Part shown: in pieces, positions 52,298 to 63,545 of the stretch
Position numbering within the stretch: the first letter of the stretch is position 1
How the letters are laid out: each line of letters opens with the position of its first letter
Source: Faecalibacterium sp.
GTDB taxonomy: Bacteria; Bacillota; Clostridia; Oscillospirales; Ruminococcaceae
Length of the DNA: 64,000 bases
NCBI GenBank assembly: GCA_020025825.1
Contig: JAHHRL010000009.1
Coordinates: 1,783 to 65,782, forward strand
Direction: 5' to 3'
Program-made: the position numbers and the translations under genes
Notes under the pieces: model-generated
The model's database searches: none
What the model was told of the DNA's origin: nothing
Seen by the model: only the letters and a program-made list of their open reading frames with translations

Positions 52298-53674
52298 ATG
52301 GAACATGAAAAGAACAATATGGGAACAGGCAGCGTTAAAAAGCTGTTTGTCCAGTTGGCAATTCCGGCAGTAGTTGCGCAGGTTATCAACCTACTGTATA
52401 ACATCGTAGACCGTATTTACATTGGCAGAATTGAAGGAGTAGGTGCAAGTGCACTGACTGGTGTTGGTGTTTTTGTGCCTATTATGATGCTGATTACGGC
52501 ATTTGCAATGCTGGTTGGTGCGGGTGGTGCACCACGTGCTGCAATTGCAATGGGTCAGGGCGATAATAAAGCAGCCGAAAAAATTATGGGTAACTGCTTT
52601 AGTATGCTGCTGGTGCTGACCGTAGTTCTGACAATTGTATTCTATGCAGCGGCACCTACGTTATTAAGTTGGTTTGGTGCCAGTGAGGCTACCTTGCCGT
52701 ATGCATTAGAGTATGGTCGCATTTATGTTTTAGGCTCTGTGTTTGTGTTGATGGTTATGGGCATGAATATGTTTATTACCGCACAGGGTTTTGCAAAATT
52801 TAGTATGCTGACCACGGTTATTGGTGCAGTTATCAACATCATTTTGGACCCGATTTTGATTTTTGGCTTCAAAATGGGCGTAGCAGGCGCAGCAATTGCA
52901 ACAATTTTCAGTCAGGCTGTAAGTGCTATTTGGGTTTTACGCTTTTTGGTGGGTAACAAAACTACCTTGAAATTGCGCAAGGAAAATTTGCCGCTGGATA
53001 TGAAAGTCGTTTCTCAGGTATTGGGCTTGGGCGTATCTACCTTTGTAATGATTTCTACCGAGAGCTTGCTGGCAATCAGCTTTAATAGTAGTCTGGCTCG
53101 TTATGGCGGCGACATCGCAGTTGGTGCAATGACCATTATCACCAGCATTACCCAGCTGGTTAATATGCCTTTGACCGGTATGTGTCAGGGTTGCCAGCCG
53201 CTGATTAGCTACAACTATGGCGCTGGTCTGAAAGACCGTGTCAAGGAGGCTTTCCGGACACTGTTTACTGTTGGCGTCATTTATGCTACGGTGTTCTGGG
53301 TTATGCTGATGTTTATACCTCAGTTCTTTGCAGGAATTTTTACGCCGGATGTAGAGCTTATTGCTTACACAACTTGGGCGCTGCGCATTTATATGCTGGG
53401 CATTTTCTCGGTTGGCTTCCAGGTGACCTGCCAGCAGAGCTTTATGGCACTGGGTCAGGCAAAAATCAGCCTGCTCTTGGCATGCTTGCGTAAAATCATT
53501 CTGTTGATTCCGCTGATTTTCATACTGCCGTTGTTTATGCAGAACAAGGTATTTGGCGTTTTTGTGGCTGAACCCGTTAGCGATATTATTGCTGCAATCG
53601 TAACTACAGCAATGTTCTTCAAGAACTTTAATAAAATTCTGGATAACGGTCCTTCACAAAATGCAAAAGCATAA
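52298..53674 (+). CDS. MATE family efflux transporter
   Basis: LYNIVDRIYIG, NIILDPILIF...MGVAGAAIAT; about 12 TM. Confidence 0.93.
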   Translation: MEHEKNNMGTGSVKKLFVQLAIPAVVAQVINLLYNIVDRIYIGRIEGVGASALTGVGVFVPIMMLITAFAMLVGAGGAPRAAIAMGQGDNKAAEKIMGNCFSMLLVLTVVLTIVFYAAAPTLLSWFGASEATLPYALEYGRIYVLGSVFVLMVMGMNMFITAQGFAKFSMLTTVIGAVINIILDPILIFGFKMGVAGAAIATIFSQAVSAIWVLRFLVGNKTTLKLRKENLPLDMKVVSQVLGLGVSTFVMISTESLLAISFNSSLARYGGDIAVGAMTIITSITQLVNMPLTGMCQGCQPLISYNYGAGLKDRVKEAFRTLFTVGVIYATVFWVMLMFIPQFFAGIFTPDVELIAYTTWALRIYMLGIFSVGFQVTCQQSFMALGQAKISLLLACLRKIILLIPLIFILPLFMQNKVFGVFVAEPVSDIIAAIVTTAMFFKNFNKILDNGPSQNAKA

Positions 53675-53707
53675 CAGTTAAAAGCGACGGTCCCTAATAG
53701 ATATAAC

Positions 53708-53756
53708 AAAGGCAACAGACTTGAAGGTAAAGTACCTTAGGTCTGTTGCCTTTTAT
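53708..53756 (+). terminator. Terminator after the MATE gene
   Basis: AAAGGCAACAGAC...GTCTGTTGCCTTTT. Confidence 0.75.
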
Positions 53757-54099
53757 AGTTAGAGATGTGAGCGATACCGATTAAAATGAGATGTAGTCTA
53801 TACGGTTGGCAGACAGTGAAGCTTTAAGGTCACTTACCTTATATGGCAACATCAAGCTAAGCCATAGCGAAAGAGCAAAAACCAACAGCCCCACCAGAAA
53901 AACATCGTTGAATTTTAATATGCGCCTGAAGTATAAAAAGCCTATTGCGGTAAGAAAAGTGCTAGGCCTTTGGAAACATTGTGAATATGTCCAGAAGAGT
54001 ATGTATAGCTTTGGTGACTATTTATATTGTCTTAAGCGAAACGATATAGTACAATTTATTAAAATGGGATTTTATATCGAAAGGAAGCGAAACAAAGCA

Positions 54100-55602
54100 A
54101 TGAAGACAAACATTACTTTGCAACCGGAAAAATTGGTTAAACTGCGTGAAGTTAATCCGATGATGATGAGCTACAACGTAGAGATGACAGAGGTAACCGG
54201 CGGTACATTTTGGAAGGAATATACTCCGGGACAGATTGCAGGAACTGAGCAGTTCCCCCCGCTGAAAAGTCTGGCAGACATTTCGAATTTGATGCAGTGG
54301 TATAATGCAATCGACTCTAAGAATCCGAGATTGCGTAAGCTGGCTAAGGAGTTTGGTCCGGCATGGGTTCGTGTATCCGGTACATGGGCAACCAAGACCT
54401 ATTACGATTTTGAAGGCACCGGTATTACCCCGGAAGGCTATCAGAACCGTATGACAAAGGAACAGTGGCTGAACATTTTGGACTTTGTTGATGCAGTAGG
54501 CGGCAAGCTGCTGATTTCTGTAGCAAACTGCCAGGGCCTGCATAGTGCAGAGGAGCCTTGGAATCCTAGCCAGGCCGAAAAGATTTTTGCATTGAGCAAG
54601 GAGCATGGTCATGCTATTGATGCGGTAGAGTTTACAAACGAGCCGAACATGATGGAGGGCACCGGTTTCCCCAAGGGATATACTCCGGAGCAGTTCCGTC
54701 GCGACCAGGACTTGTTCCATAAGTGGGTGCGTACAAACTACCCAGACACTCTGATTGTTGGCCCTTGCACAACCGATAGCGGAGCACTGGCAACAGACGG
54801 TGAGGAACGTGGTGCAGGTGCAGGTATCGGCGATGTTGTCCAGAGCTGCTCTACAGACGACCTGATGAAGGGCTGCACCGAAAAGCTGGATGTATTCAGC
54901 TACCACTATTACAACGGCATTTCCGAGCGTTTGGCTTCGGTAATGCCCAAGGGCCACTGGATGGCAGAAGAAGCTACAACAGAGCCCTATTTGGCTATGG
55001 CAGGACGCTGTGCACGTGCCTTTAGCAAGTTCCGTGATATTTATTGTCCCGGTGCGGAGATGTGGGTAACGGAATCCGGCGATGCAGGCGGCGGTGGCGA
55101 TACTTGGGCATCTACCTATTTGGATGTATTGCGCACACTGAATGAGCTGGGTGAGTTCTCGAACGTCACAAATGGTGTCGTTTTCCATAATACCTTAGCT
55201 TCTTCCGATTACGGTTTCTTGCAGCATAGTACCTTTATGCCTCGTCCCAACTACTTTGCAGCACTGCTGTGGACAAGACTGATGGGCACTACTGTCTATG
55301 AAACCGGCGAACAGATTCGTGAAGGCGCACACGTGTTTGCACACAGCCGCAAGGATGGCAAAGAAGGCGTTTGCTACCTGATTATCAACAACTCTACTAC
55401 CGATGAAACGCTGGTAGAACTGCCCAAAGAGGCAGTGCGTTACACCTTGTCGGCTGAAAGCTTGCGCAGCAGCGTGATGCAGTTGAATGGCAAGGATTTG
55501 CTGTTGGGCGAAAATGATACCCTGCCTGAGCTGGACGGCGTACAACAGCCCGCAGGCAGCCTGTCTTTGGCTCCTGCTACCTGCACCTTCTTGGTTCTGT
55601 AA
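54100..55602 (+). CDS. GH79-like glycoside hydrolase (beta-glucuronidase/heparanase-like, clan GH-A)
   Basis: VRVSGT, acid/base EFTNEPN, nucleophile WVTESG, PRPNYFAALLW; likely start MKTNITLQ. Confidence 0.75.
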   Translation: MKTNITLQPEKLVKLREVNPMMMSYNVEMTEVTGGTFWKEYTPGQIAGTEQFPPLKSLADISNLMQWYNAIDSKNPRLRKLAKEFGPAWVRVSGTWATKTYYDFEGTGITPEGYQNRMTKEQWLNILDFVDAVGGKLLISVANCQGLHSAEEPWNPSQAEKIFALSKEHGHAIDAVEFTNEPNMMEGTGFPKGYTPEQFRRDQDLFHKWVRTNYPDTLIVGPCTTDSGALATDGEERGAGAGIGDVVQSCSTDDLMKGCTEKLDVFSYHYYNGISERLASVMPKGHWMAEEATTEPYLAMAGRCARAFSKFRDIYCPGAEMWVTESGDAGGGGDTWASTYLDVLRTLNELGEFSNVTNGVVFHNTLASSDYGFLQHSTFMPRPNYFAALLWTRLMGTTVYETGEQIREGAHVFAHSRKDGKEGVCYLIINNSTTDETLVELPKEAVRYTLSAESLRSSVMQLNGKDLLLGENDTLPELDGVQQPAGSLSLAPATCTFLVL

Positions 55603-55636
55603 GGACGATAGGGTTGCTTTAAGCAATAGATAAAAG

Positions 55637-55675
55637 AAAAGCCGATGTGATAGTATAATCACATCGGCTTTTTTT
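55637..55675 (+). terminator. Intrinsic terminator
   Basis: AAAAGCCGATGTGAT...ATCACATCGGCTTTTTTT. Confidence 0.8.
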
Positions 55676-55779
55676 GCGGAGAGTATGCGGCAAAATCGGC
55701 TTGATTTTACTTTTTAACGTTAAAGTGGTAATATAAAGCGTAAATGAATTTTACTAAAAGACAGGAAGGGAGCACACAG

Positions 55780-56541
55780 ATGCGTACAATTCTTTGGCAC
55801 ATCTATTTTTGGAGTTATATGCTATTTCGCTGGCCGGTACAGCGGAAGGGCTTGAAACAATTACGAGCAGGTAACTGGGAGGCCAGTGACCGTCTGGCAG
55901 AACAATTTGTACCGGACTGGGCAAATCGTATGATGCGTAAAGCCGGTGTTACGATTGAAACTTATGGTCAGGAGAATATCCCCAAAGACCGTCCCTGCGT
56001 ATTTGTAGCAAATCATCGCAGCTATTACGATATTCCTGTTTTGTTGACGCAGCTGGATAAGCCGCACGCATTGATTTCGAAAACGGAAATCGGCATGATT
56101 CCGCTGGTACGTGGCTGGATGGAGATGTTGCATTGCGTATTTTTAGACCGCAATGATAACCGCAAAGCTATGGCAGCATTAAAAGAGGCTACAGAAAACC
56201 TGAAAAAAGGATACTCCATTTCCATTTTTCCGGAAGGAACTCGCAATAAAGGGGAAGAAGGCACGGTGCAGGAGTTCAAGGGCGGTGCGTTCCGTGTGGC
56301 GACTAAAGCAAAAGCACCGATTGTTCCTGTTGCGATTACCGGTACACGTGACATTATGGAAAATAACCATATGTTTATGCGCCCCGCACACGTTATTGTC
56401 CGCATTTTGCCCCCCATTGAAACAGATGGCATGACAAGAGAAGAAATAAAAGCTTTGCCTGAACTAGCAAGAGAACAAATTCGCCAGAATTTGGAGCCTA
56501 ACTACAAGGCAGCCCATACAACAGAGAAAACGGAGCAGTAA
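55780..56541 (+). CDS. plsC: 1-acyl-sn-glycerol-3-phosphate acyltransferase
   Basis: NHRSYYD, FLDR, FPEGTR, PIVPV. Confidence 0.9.
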   Translation: MRTILWHIYFWSYMLFRWPVQRKGLKQLRAGNWEASDRLAEQFVPDWANRMMRKAGVTIETYGQENIPKDRPCVFVANHRSYYDIPVLLTQLDKPHALISKTEIGMIPLVRGWMEMLHCVFLDRNDNRKAMAALKEATENLKKGYSISIFPEGTRNKGEEGTVQEFKGGAFRVATKAKAPIVPVAITGTRDIMENNHMFMRPAHVIVRILPPIETDGMTREEIKALPELAREQIRQNLEPNYKAAHTTEKTEQ

Positions 56542-56589
56542 AGGGGCATTTTGCTGCTGAAAACATTTTATAAAATGATAAGTAGATAG

Positions 56590-56633
56590 AAAAAGGCCCA
56601 CAAGGCGGCTAACAGCGCCTTGTGGGCCTTTTT
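56590..56633. terminator. Bidirectional terminator
   Basis: AAAAAGGCCCACAAGGCG...CGCCTTGTGGGCCTTTTT between convergent genes. Confidence 0.8.
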
Positions 56634-56647
56634 GTGCTTTTTTAGTA

Positions 56648-57397
56648 TTACAATACTTTGGAGAGAAAAGCCTTCAGACGGGGATTTTTGGGGTTGGAGA
56701 ATAACTCTTCCGGTGCTTCGTCTTCCTGAATCAAACCCTCGTCGATAAAGATAACACGGCTGGCAACCTCACGGGCAAAAGCCATTTCGTGTGTAACAAC
56801 AATCATGGTCATACCCGAGTGTGCCAGTTCCTTCATCAGCTCCAGAACTTCACCGACCATTTCCGGGTCCAGTGCACTGGTGGGCTCATCAAACAGGATA
56901 ACGTCGGGGTCCATAGCCAGGGTACGTGCGATTGCGATACGCTGTTTTTGGCCGCCGGACAGGCTGGAAGGATAAACATTTGCTTTGTCCGACAGACCAA
57001 CACGTGCCAGAAGCTCATCTGCCTTTTTATCAGCTTCGGCTTTATCTTTTAGCTTGAGCAAAACAGGTGCAAGGGTCAGGTTTTCCTTTACGGTTTTATG
57101 GGGGAACAGGTTGAAGTGCTGAAAGACCATGCCCATTTTCTGGCGCAGAGTATTGATATGCTTTTCGTCGATGGTTACACCCTCAAACTCGATTGTGCCG
57201 CTGGTGGGGATTTCCAAACGGTTCAGGCAGCGCAGAAAGGTGGATTTGCCACAGCCGGAAGGTCCAATCAGGCAAACAACTTCGCCCTTGTGGATGTCGA
57301 TATCAATTCCTTTTAGAACCTGCAGGGAATCCTTTTGCTTTTTAGTGTTACCATAGGTTTTGGTTAAACCACGGACCTGTAAAATATTATCGCTCAC
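56648..57397 (-). CDS. Polar amino acid ABC transporter ATPase (GlnQ/ArtP-like)
   Basis: [38 protein letters not shown]. Confidence 0.95.
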   Translation of the reverse strand: MSDNILQVRGLTKTYGNTKKQKDSLQVLKGIDIDIHKGEVVCLIGPSGCGKSTFLRCLNRLEIPTSGTIEFEGVTIDEKHINTLRQKMGMVFQHFNLFPHKTVKENLTLAPVLLKLKDKAEADKKADELLARVGLSDKANVYPSSLSGGQKQRIAIARTLAMDPDVILFDEPTSALDPEMVGEVLELMKELAHSGMTMIVVTHEMAFAREVASRVIFIDEGLIQEDEAPEELFSNPKNPRLKAFLSKVL

Positions 57398-58091
57398 TTT
57401 GTGCCAGTCTCCTTTCCAGAATATGCACCAGTTGGGTCAAAATCACAACTACTACTAAATAAATAAGTGCAACAGCAATCAGCGGGGGGAAGTAGTCAAA
57501 TGTTTGAGAGGAAATCTGCATTGCACCACGTGTCAGCTCAGCAAGGCCGATGTAACCGGCAACAGAGGTTTCCTTTAGCAGTGCGATACCTTCGTTACAT
57601 AAGCTGGGCAAAACAGTTTTTAGTGCCTGCGGAAGAATGATTTGGGTCATGGTTTGCCAGTAGGACATACCCAAGCTGCGGCCGGCTTCCATTTGGCCGG
57701 GGTCGATACTCATAATGCCGCCACGGAAAATTTCGGCAACGTAGGCACCGGAGTTAAAACCAAAAGCAAAGATAGCGACCAATACTTTGCCCGGGTCCCA
57801 TGCAACAAAGATAACGAAGTAGCAAATCAGCAGCTGTACCATGACAGGCGTGCTGCGGATAACCGTCAGATAAAAACGGCAAATCAGGTCCAGTATACGC
57901 AGCCCGAAGGACGGGTGGTCGGCCTTATCGGTTGTTACACGGACAATTGCAACCAATGCACCCAGAATCAAGCCGATTGCAAGTGCGCAGAGCGTGATAA
58001 TCAGAGTGTTTTGCAAGCCACTGAGCAGGTACTGCCAGCGGTTTTCGCTAATAAAGTTTTTTACAATATGTAGGTTCCAAAATTCAGCCAT
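57387..58091 (-). CDS. Polar amino acid ABC transporter permease
   Basis: [32 protein letters not shown]. Confidence 0.95.
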   Translation of the reverse strand: MAEFWNLHIVKNFISENRWQYLLSGLQNTLIITLCALAIGLILGALVAIVRVTTDKADHPSFGLRILDLICRFYLTVIRSTPVMVQLLICYFVIFVAWDPGKVLVAIFAFGFNSGAYVAEIFRGGIMSIDPGQMEAGRSLGMSYWQTMTQIILPQALKTVLPSLCNEGIALLKETSVAGYIGLAELTRGAMQISSQTFDYFPPLIAVALIYLVVVVILTQLVHILERRLAQSER

Positions 58092-58182
58092 AGAGGCCCT
58101 CGCTTTCCAGATGAATAAAACAGCAAATCGGGGCTGCCGCATAGGGTAGCCCCGCTATGATTGCTTGTGTAAAATGTGTAGC

Positions 58183-58989
58183 TTACTTTTTGACGATAAC
58201 GCTCTGGATACCGTTGCAGTAGCTGTCGGTGAAGTCTACGTTCTTCATACGGTCCGGGTTGGCGGTCATGCCGGCAGCACCAAAAGCAAATTTACCGCTG
58301 GTAACAGCAGGGATGATGGAGTCGAACTCCATATCTTCTACAGTCAGCTCGTAACCCAGTTTATCACAGATAGCGGTTGCAAATTCGATGTCGATACCGG
58401 TAATGGTAGTGCCCTCGTAGTATTCGTAAGGGGGGAAGTAAGCGTTAGTAGCCATTGCCAGCTTACCATTGGGATGAGCGGTGCCTTCGGGAGTGACATA
58501 GCCGGTTGCACCCTCTACGCCATTGATGTACTTGTCCAGAATATCCTGCAAAGTACCATCTTCCTTAAGCTCAGCGATTGCCTGATTAAAGCTTGCGGTC
58601 AGCTCGCTGCCTTTTGCCAGGCAAATAGCGTAGTCTTCGTCTGCGTAGGGAGCTTCCAGAAGCATCAGGTCATCATTTGCTTCGACAAACTTTTTAGCGG
58701 GCTCGTTATCAACGATAACAGCATCCAGCTTACCAGCCTTCAGAGCCTGCACAGCGTCAGCGCTGTTGCTGAACTGCTCAACAGCGTCTGCACCAAAGTC
58801 ATCAGCGGCGTACTGGTCGCTGGTAGTACCCAGCTGGACGCCGATTTTTTTGCCATCGTACAGCTGCTCGATAGAGGTGATTTTTTCAGCATCGGAAGTA
58901 GAGGAGGCAGAGCCACAAGCGGTCAATGCGCAAGCCAGAGATGCGATACCTGCAGCTGCTAAAAACTGGCGACGAGAAATCTTATACAT
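58183..58989 (-). CDS. Polar amino acid ABC substrate-binding lipoprotein
   Basis: Lipobox LTAC; IGVQLGTT; ATNAYFPPYEY; SBP family 3 lobes in permuted order. Confidence 0.9.
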   Translation of the reverse strand: MYKISRRQFLAAAGIASLACALTACGSASSTSDAEKITSIEQLYDGKKIGVQLGTTSDQYAADDFGADAVEQFSNSADAVQALKAGKLDAVIVDNEPAKKFVEANDDLMLLEAPYADEDYAICLAKGSELTASFNQAIAELKEDGTLQDILDKYINGVEGATGYVTPEGTAHPNGKLAMATNAYFPPYEYYEGTTITGIDIEFATAICDKLGYELTVEDMEFDSIIPAVTSGKFAFGAAGMTANPDRMKNVDFTDSYCNGIQSVIVKK

Positions 58990-59066
58990 AGTGAATATCC
59001 TCCTGAATATACATTTTCAAATTCGTTGAAATTAACCAGCGAAGTTTCGTTGTTTGGAATGACACT

Positions 59067-59166
59067 AGTATAAGATGTCTCAATGCATTTGTCAATATTT
59101 ATGCATAAAATATATTAAAAAAATGAAAATTTGCTTGTTTATTCACTTTATGCATGAATATATTCA
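59067..59166 (-). promoter_or_regulatory. ABC operon promoter with ArgR-like boxes
   Basis: Minus-strand TTGACA-N17-TATACT (59095-59067); TCAAT-ATTT-ATGCA (59092-59105) and TGCTT-GTTT-ATTCA (59132-59145). Confidence 0.55.
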
Positions 59167-59172
59167 CTTTTC

Positions 59173-59748
59173 TTACAGGGTACTCACAAGTTCTTCCACA
59201 CTATGACGGGGCACGCAGTAATCTTTATTGGCATCTAGGTAGTATTTTAAGCTTCCATCTTCGGGCACGGGCACTAAAGTGCTTTTATGTGCAGGATAAC
59301 CAAAGGCCAGCATACTATGTATAGCTGTACCTTGCGGCAGCTGCAGCAGCTCAGCCAAAGCAGGGCGGTTAATGGCCTGCATAATGCAGCTGCCAACCCC
59401 GTGTGCCCAAGCAGCAAGCGTCATATTGGCGATTGCAATACCTGCGTCGGTATCGTGGCTTCCCGGGCAGGAAGTATCGTCCAGAACGGCCGCAAACAGG
59501 GTAGGGAGTTCATTGGACTTTGGGGTGCCTAATTCCGGCGGCAAAGCTCCCGCCCATTTGACAAGTTGATTTACAGACTGTATCATATCTGTTTTTTGAA
59601 TCAGTAAAAGGCGAATGGGCTGGTCGTTACGAGCACTGGATGAAAAGCGCAAGGCATTTGCAATATCGCTGATTACCTCTGGTGGAATCGGTTTTTGCGT
59701 AAAACGGCGGTAGGTGCGGCGGGTTTCCATTAAAGACATTAAATCCAT
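59173..59748 (-). CDS. Nitroreductase family protein
   Basis: RRTYRRF, SSARNDQP, DAGIAIANMTLAAWAHGVGSC, FGYP. Confidence 0.9.
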   Translation of the reverse strand: MDLMSLMETRRTYRRFTQKPIPPEVISDIANALRFSSSARNDQPIRLLLIQKTDMIQSVNQLVKWAGALPPELGTPKSNELPTLFAAVLDDTSCPGSHDTDAGIAIANMTLAAWAHGVGSCIMQAINRPALAELLQLPQGTAIHSMLAFGYPAHKSTLVPVPEDGSLKYYLDANKDYCVPRHSVEELVSTL

Positions 59749-59865
59749 AGTGTTGTCCTTTCTAAAGAGTAGTTTACGATAAAAAAGTAACACGTACGTA
59801 TAGGAAATGCAATGAATTTTACAAGAAGAAAACCGCCCTGCTTTTACACAGGACGGTTTTGTAAA

Positions 59866-62694
59866 TTATTGAGGTGTGTTATCACCGTGGTACTGAGCGC
59901 AAGTGCACTTTTTCCACTTCAGGCCGCTGCCACAGGGGCAGGGGTCATTGCGGCCGATTTTTTGCACACGAACCGGTGTGTTAACGGGAGCTTTGTTAAC
60001 CTGACGGTTATTACCGTTGAGCAGGCCCTCACTGGTAGTACGTGCAACTTGTTCACGCTTAGGTGCCTGACCTGCCTGCTTGACCTCGATGCGCAGCAGC
60101 ATCTTGATGCTTTCCTCACGGATAGAGTCAATCATCTGGTCAAACATATCGAAACCTTCGATACGATATTCAACAACAGGGTCCTTTTGACCATAGCCAC
60201 GCAAGGCGATACCCTGACGCAGCTGGTCCATGTTGTCGATATGGTCCATCCACAGGCGGTCGACGCTGCGCAGCAAGCAGATACGCTCCAGTTCACGCAT
60301 CATGGGGCTGCCATAGCGGACTTCCTTATTTTGCAGAATTTGCATACCACGGTTGTACAGCAAGTCTGCAATTTCCTCACGGGTGATTTGTGCACGCTCG
60401 GCATCGGTATAGCGGAAGTCAGCATCAGAGGTCAACCAGCCGTTATAGTGGCGGCGCAGTGCACGCAGGTCCCACTCTTCCTTAACATCGCCTGCCATGA
60501 ACAAAGCACAGGAAGAATCCACGTTTTCACGCAGCATATTATGCATTTCGGTGCTGATATCCTCGCCGTCCAACACCTTGCGGCGCTGGCCGTAGATGAT
60601 TTCACGCTGCTGGTTCATAACGTCGTCGTACTTCAACACGTTTTTACGAATGTCAAAGTTGCGGCCCTCCAGCTTCTTCTGTGCACTTTCGATGGTGGAA
60701 GTAATCATCTTGTTTTCGATGGGCATATCTTCTTCCAGACCAAGGGTATTCATCAGGGACTGGATGCGCTCGCCACCAAACAGACGCATCAAATCGTCTT
60801 CCAAACTGATAAAGAAGCGAGATGCACCGGGGTCACCCTGACGGCCGGCACGACCACGCAGCTGGTTATCAATACGGCGAGACTCGTGACGCTCGGTGCC
60901 AATGATAAACAAACCGCCTGCGTCACGTACTTCCTGTGCTTCGGCTGCAATTTCGGACTTGAAGTGCTTCAAATGCTCCTCAAAGCGAGCACGAACAGCC
61001 AAAACATTAGCGTCATCGGTTTCGCTGTGACCGTCGGCTTCGGCCATCAGCTGGTCAACCTGCTCGGGCAATGCCTTTTGCGGGTCGTTAGGGAACAGTA
61101 AGTTTTCAACAAAGTGTTCCTTTCGCAGTTGTGCTTTTGCCATGAACTCGGCGTTGCCGCCCAACAGAATATCGGTACCACGGCCTGCCATATTGGTAGC
61201 GATGGTGATAGCACCCTTTTTACCTGCCTGCGCAACAATTTCAGCTTCACGCTCATGCTGTTTTGCGTTCAAAACATTGAAATCACGGGTATAGCGCTGC
61301 AGCATTTTAGCCAGAATTTCGCTCTTTTCCACGCTGACGGTACCAACCAGAACAGGCTGACCCTTTTTGTGGCATTCCATAACCTGCTCGATAACGGCAC
61401 GGTATTTGCCTGCTTCTGTCTTGTACACAACGTCGGGCAGGTCTTTACGGATAGAAGGCTTATTAGTAGGGACGGTAACGATATTCAAACCGTAAATTTC
61501 AGCAAATTCGGCAGATTCGGTACTTGCGGTACCGGTCATACCGGAAAGCTTATTGTACATACGGAAGTAGTTCTGGAAGGTGATGGTAGCCAGCGTTTTG
61601 CTTTCTGCTGCAATGCGTACGCCTTCTTTGGCTTCGATTGCCTGATGCAGACCCTCGTTATAGCGGCGACCAATCATCAAACGGCCGGTAAACTCATCAA
61701 CAATAATAACTTCGCCGTTTTTCACAACGTAGTCGATATCCTTTTTCATAACACCGTGTGCCTTGATTGCTTGTTCGATGTTATGAGAGATAGTAGCGTT
61801 TTCCGGGTCGGAGAGGTTTTCAATCTTAAAGAAAGCTTCTGCCTTTTCGATGCCCCGCTCGGTCAAGGTAGCGGAACGATGCTTTTCATCAACAACGTAG
61901 TCACCATCGGCCTGTTCATCAGCAGAAACTTTGCCCTCCAGCTCGACCACAACGGTTTTACGCAGTGTGCGGACAAACTTATCAGCCATCTGATACAGGC
62001 TGGAAGAGTCCTCGCCACGGCCGCTGATAATTAAGGGCGTACGTGCCTCATCAATCAGGATGGAGTCCACTTCGTCGACGATTGCATAAGCGTGACCACG
62101 CTGCACCATGTTAGCCTTATACGTGACCATGTTATCACGCAGGTAGTCAAAGCCGAACTCGTTGTTTGTACCATAGGTTACGTCGGCACTATATGCGGCA
62201 CGGCGAGCTTCGCCGGGCATACCGGGATAAATCAAACCAACACTTAAACCCAGCCAACGATACAGCTTGCCCATCCACTCGCTCTGGAACTTTGCCAGAT
62301 AGTCGTTGACGGTAACAACATGAACGCCATTGCCGGTTAAAGCATTTAGATATACAGGCAGGGTTGCCACAAGGGTTTTGCCTTCACCGGTCTGCATTTC
62401 GGCAATGCAGCCACGGTGCAAAACAATACCACCGGTAATCTGCACAGGGAAGTGCTTCATCTGCAAGACACGCCAGCTGGCCTCACGGCATACGGCAAAT
62501 GCCTCGGGAAGAATGTCATCCAGCGTTTCACCTTTTGCCAGACGCTCCTTAAAAACAGCAGTTTGACCCTGCAGGTCAGTGTCGGACATGGCTTGGTAGG
62601 TAGGCTCCAGTGCAAGCACTTTTTTTGTAATGGGATTGATTTTTTTCAGCTCTCTGTCAGAGAAGGAGCCGAACAACATTGTAGCAAGGGACAT
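59866..62694 (-). CDS. secA: Preprotein translocase ATPase SecA
   Basis: [39 protein letters not shown]-terminal [11 protein letters not shown]. Confidence 0.99.
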   Translation of the reverse strand: MSLATMLFGSFSDRELKKINPITKKVLALEPTYQAMSDTDLQGQTAVFKERLAKGETLDDILPEAFAVCREASWRVLQMKHFPVQITGGIVLHRGCIAEMQTGEGKTLVATLPVYLNALTGNGVHVVTVNDYLAKFQSEWMGKLYRWLGLSVGLIYPGMPGEARRAAYSADVTYGTNNEFGFDYLRDNMVTYKANMVQRGHAYAIVDEVDSILIDEARTPLIISGRGEDSSSLYQMADKFVRTLRKTVVVELEGKVSADEQADGDYVVDEKHRSATLTERGIEKAEAFFKIENLSDPENATISHNIEQAIKAHGVMKKDIDYVVKNGEVIIVDEFTGRLMIGRRYNEGLHQAIEAKEGVRIAAESKTLATITFQNYFRMYNKLSGMTGTASTESAEFAEIYGLNIVTVPTNKPSIRKDLPDVVYKTEAGKYRAVIEQVMECHKKGQPVLVGTVSVEKSEILAKMLQRYTRDFNVLNAKQHEREAEIVAQAGKKGAITIATNMAGRGTDILLGGNAEFMAKAQLRKEHFVENLLFPNDPQKALPEQVDQLMAEADGHSETDDANVLAVRARFEEHLKHFKSEIAAEAQEVRDAGGLFIIGTERHESRRIDNQLRGRAGRQGDPGASRFFISLEDDLMRLFGGERIQSLMNTLGLEEDMPIENKMITSTIESAQKKLEGRNFDIRKNVLKYDDVMNQQREIIYGQRRKVLDGEDISTEMHNMLRENVDSSCALFMAGDVKEEWDLRALRRHYNGWLTSDADFRYTDAERAQITREEIADLLYNRGMQILQNKEVRYGSPMMRELERICLLRSVDRLWMDHIDNMDQLRQGIALRGYGQKDPVVEYRIEGFDMFDQMIDSIREESIKMLLRIEVKQAGQAPKREQVARTTSEGLLNGNNRQVNKAPVNTPVRVQKIGRNDPCPCGSGLKWKKCTCAQYHGDNTPQ

Positions 62695-62851
62695 ATGCGT
62701 ACTCCTCAGTTATTTTTTATAGAGAAGTTACCCAAAACGGCGGGCAACAACAAAAAGTCTCAACTTCATTATGATACTATAAATGTAGAAAGTGTGTCAA
62801 ACTTTAGATGCAAAAACCCGGTAAAATTATTGTAAATTTCATACTGAGGGC

Positions 62852-62888
62852 AAAAAAACGAGGGACACAGGATATGTCCCTCGTTTTT
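62852..62888 (-). terminator. Terminator after the HAD gene
   Basis: AAAAAAACGAGGGACA...TGTCCCTCGTTTTT. Confidence 0.75.
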
Positions 62889-62897
62889 GCATTTTAT

Positions 62898-63542
62898 TTA
62901 TAAGAGAAGTGGAACCTGGTTGGCGCTGTCCACTACAGGGTATCCGGTTGTTTCCAAAATATGGCGGGGCTGATGCCCGGCGGCAATCAGAATGCAGCGA
63001 GTACCCATTGCTGCGGCAACTTCGGCATCGTGTACGGAATCTCCCAGCATCAAGGCATGGGCGGGGTCGATGTTTGCCTTACGCATAAAAGCGGTGCCCA
63101 CATCAATTTTGCTTGCCGCATAGATATCGGATAGACCTAATAACTCGGTAAAGTAGCTGCCAACACCCTGCTGTGCTACTTGCAGCTGCAAGTTAGGCAA
63201 GGCAGATGCGCTAAGTACCACCTGAGGGATTTCCATGGCACAGAAGGTATCCAGCGCTTCGTGCGCACCGGGAACCAGACCGCACTTTTCCGCACGAGGC
63301 ATATATAACTCCATATAATGCTCTGCTAAAACAGAAAACGGGTGCTTGGTAAAGTCGAAACCGGCACGTATATAGTAGTCCTGAATCGGAAAGCAGAAAA
63401 TCTCACGATACTGCTCCAAATTATACTGCTGAGAATAGCCGAAATCATGCAAAAGCGTATTCAGGCAATTTACACAAAGGTCTAAATCGTCCAGCAGGGT
63501 ACCGTTCCAGTCCCACAAAATCAGGTCCAAGGGTTGCTTCAT
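62898..63542 (-). CDS. HAD family hydrolase (phosphoglycolate phosphatase-like)
   Basis: DWNGTL motif I, LSA motif II, GDSVHD motif IV. Confidence 0.9.
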   Translation of the reverse strand: MKQPLDLILWDWNGTLLDDLDLCVNCLNTLLHDFGYSQQYNLEQYREIFCFPIQDYYIRAGFDFTKHPFSVLAEHYMELYMPRAEKCGLVPGAHEALDTFCAMEIPQVVLSASALPNLQLQVAQQGVGSYFTELLGLSDIYAASKIDVGTAFMRKANIDPAHALMLGDSVHDAEVAAAMGTRCILIAAGHQPRHILETTGYPVVDSANQVPLLL

Positions 63543-63545
63543 GAA

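Noticed and set aside
53806..54099. 98-aa N-terminal extension of the GH79-like ORF, and a hydrophobic open frame on the minus strand
   Set aside because: AT-rich, no RBS at the TTG; a purine-rich RBS precedes ATG 54100; the minus frame has no convincing start
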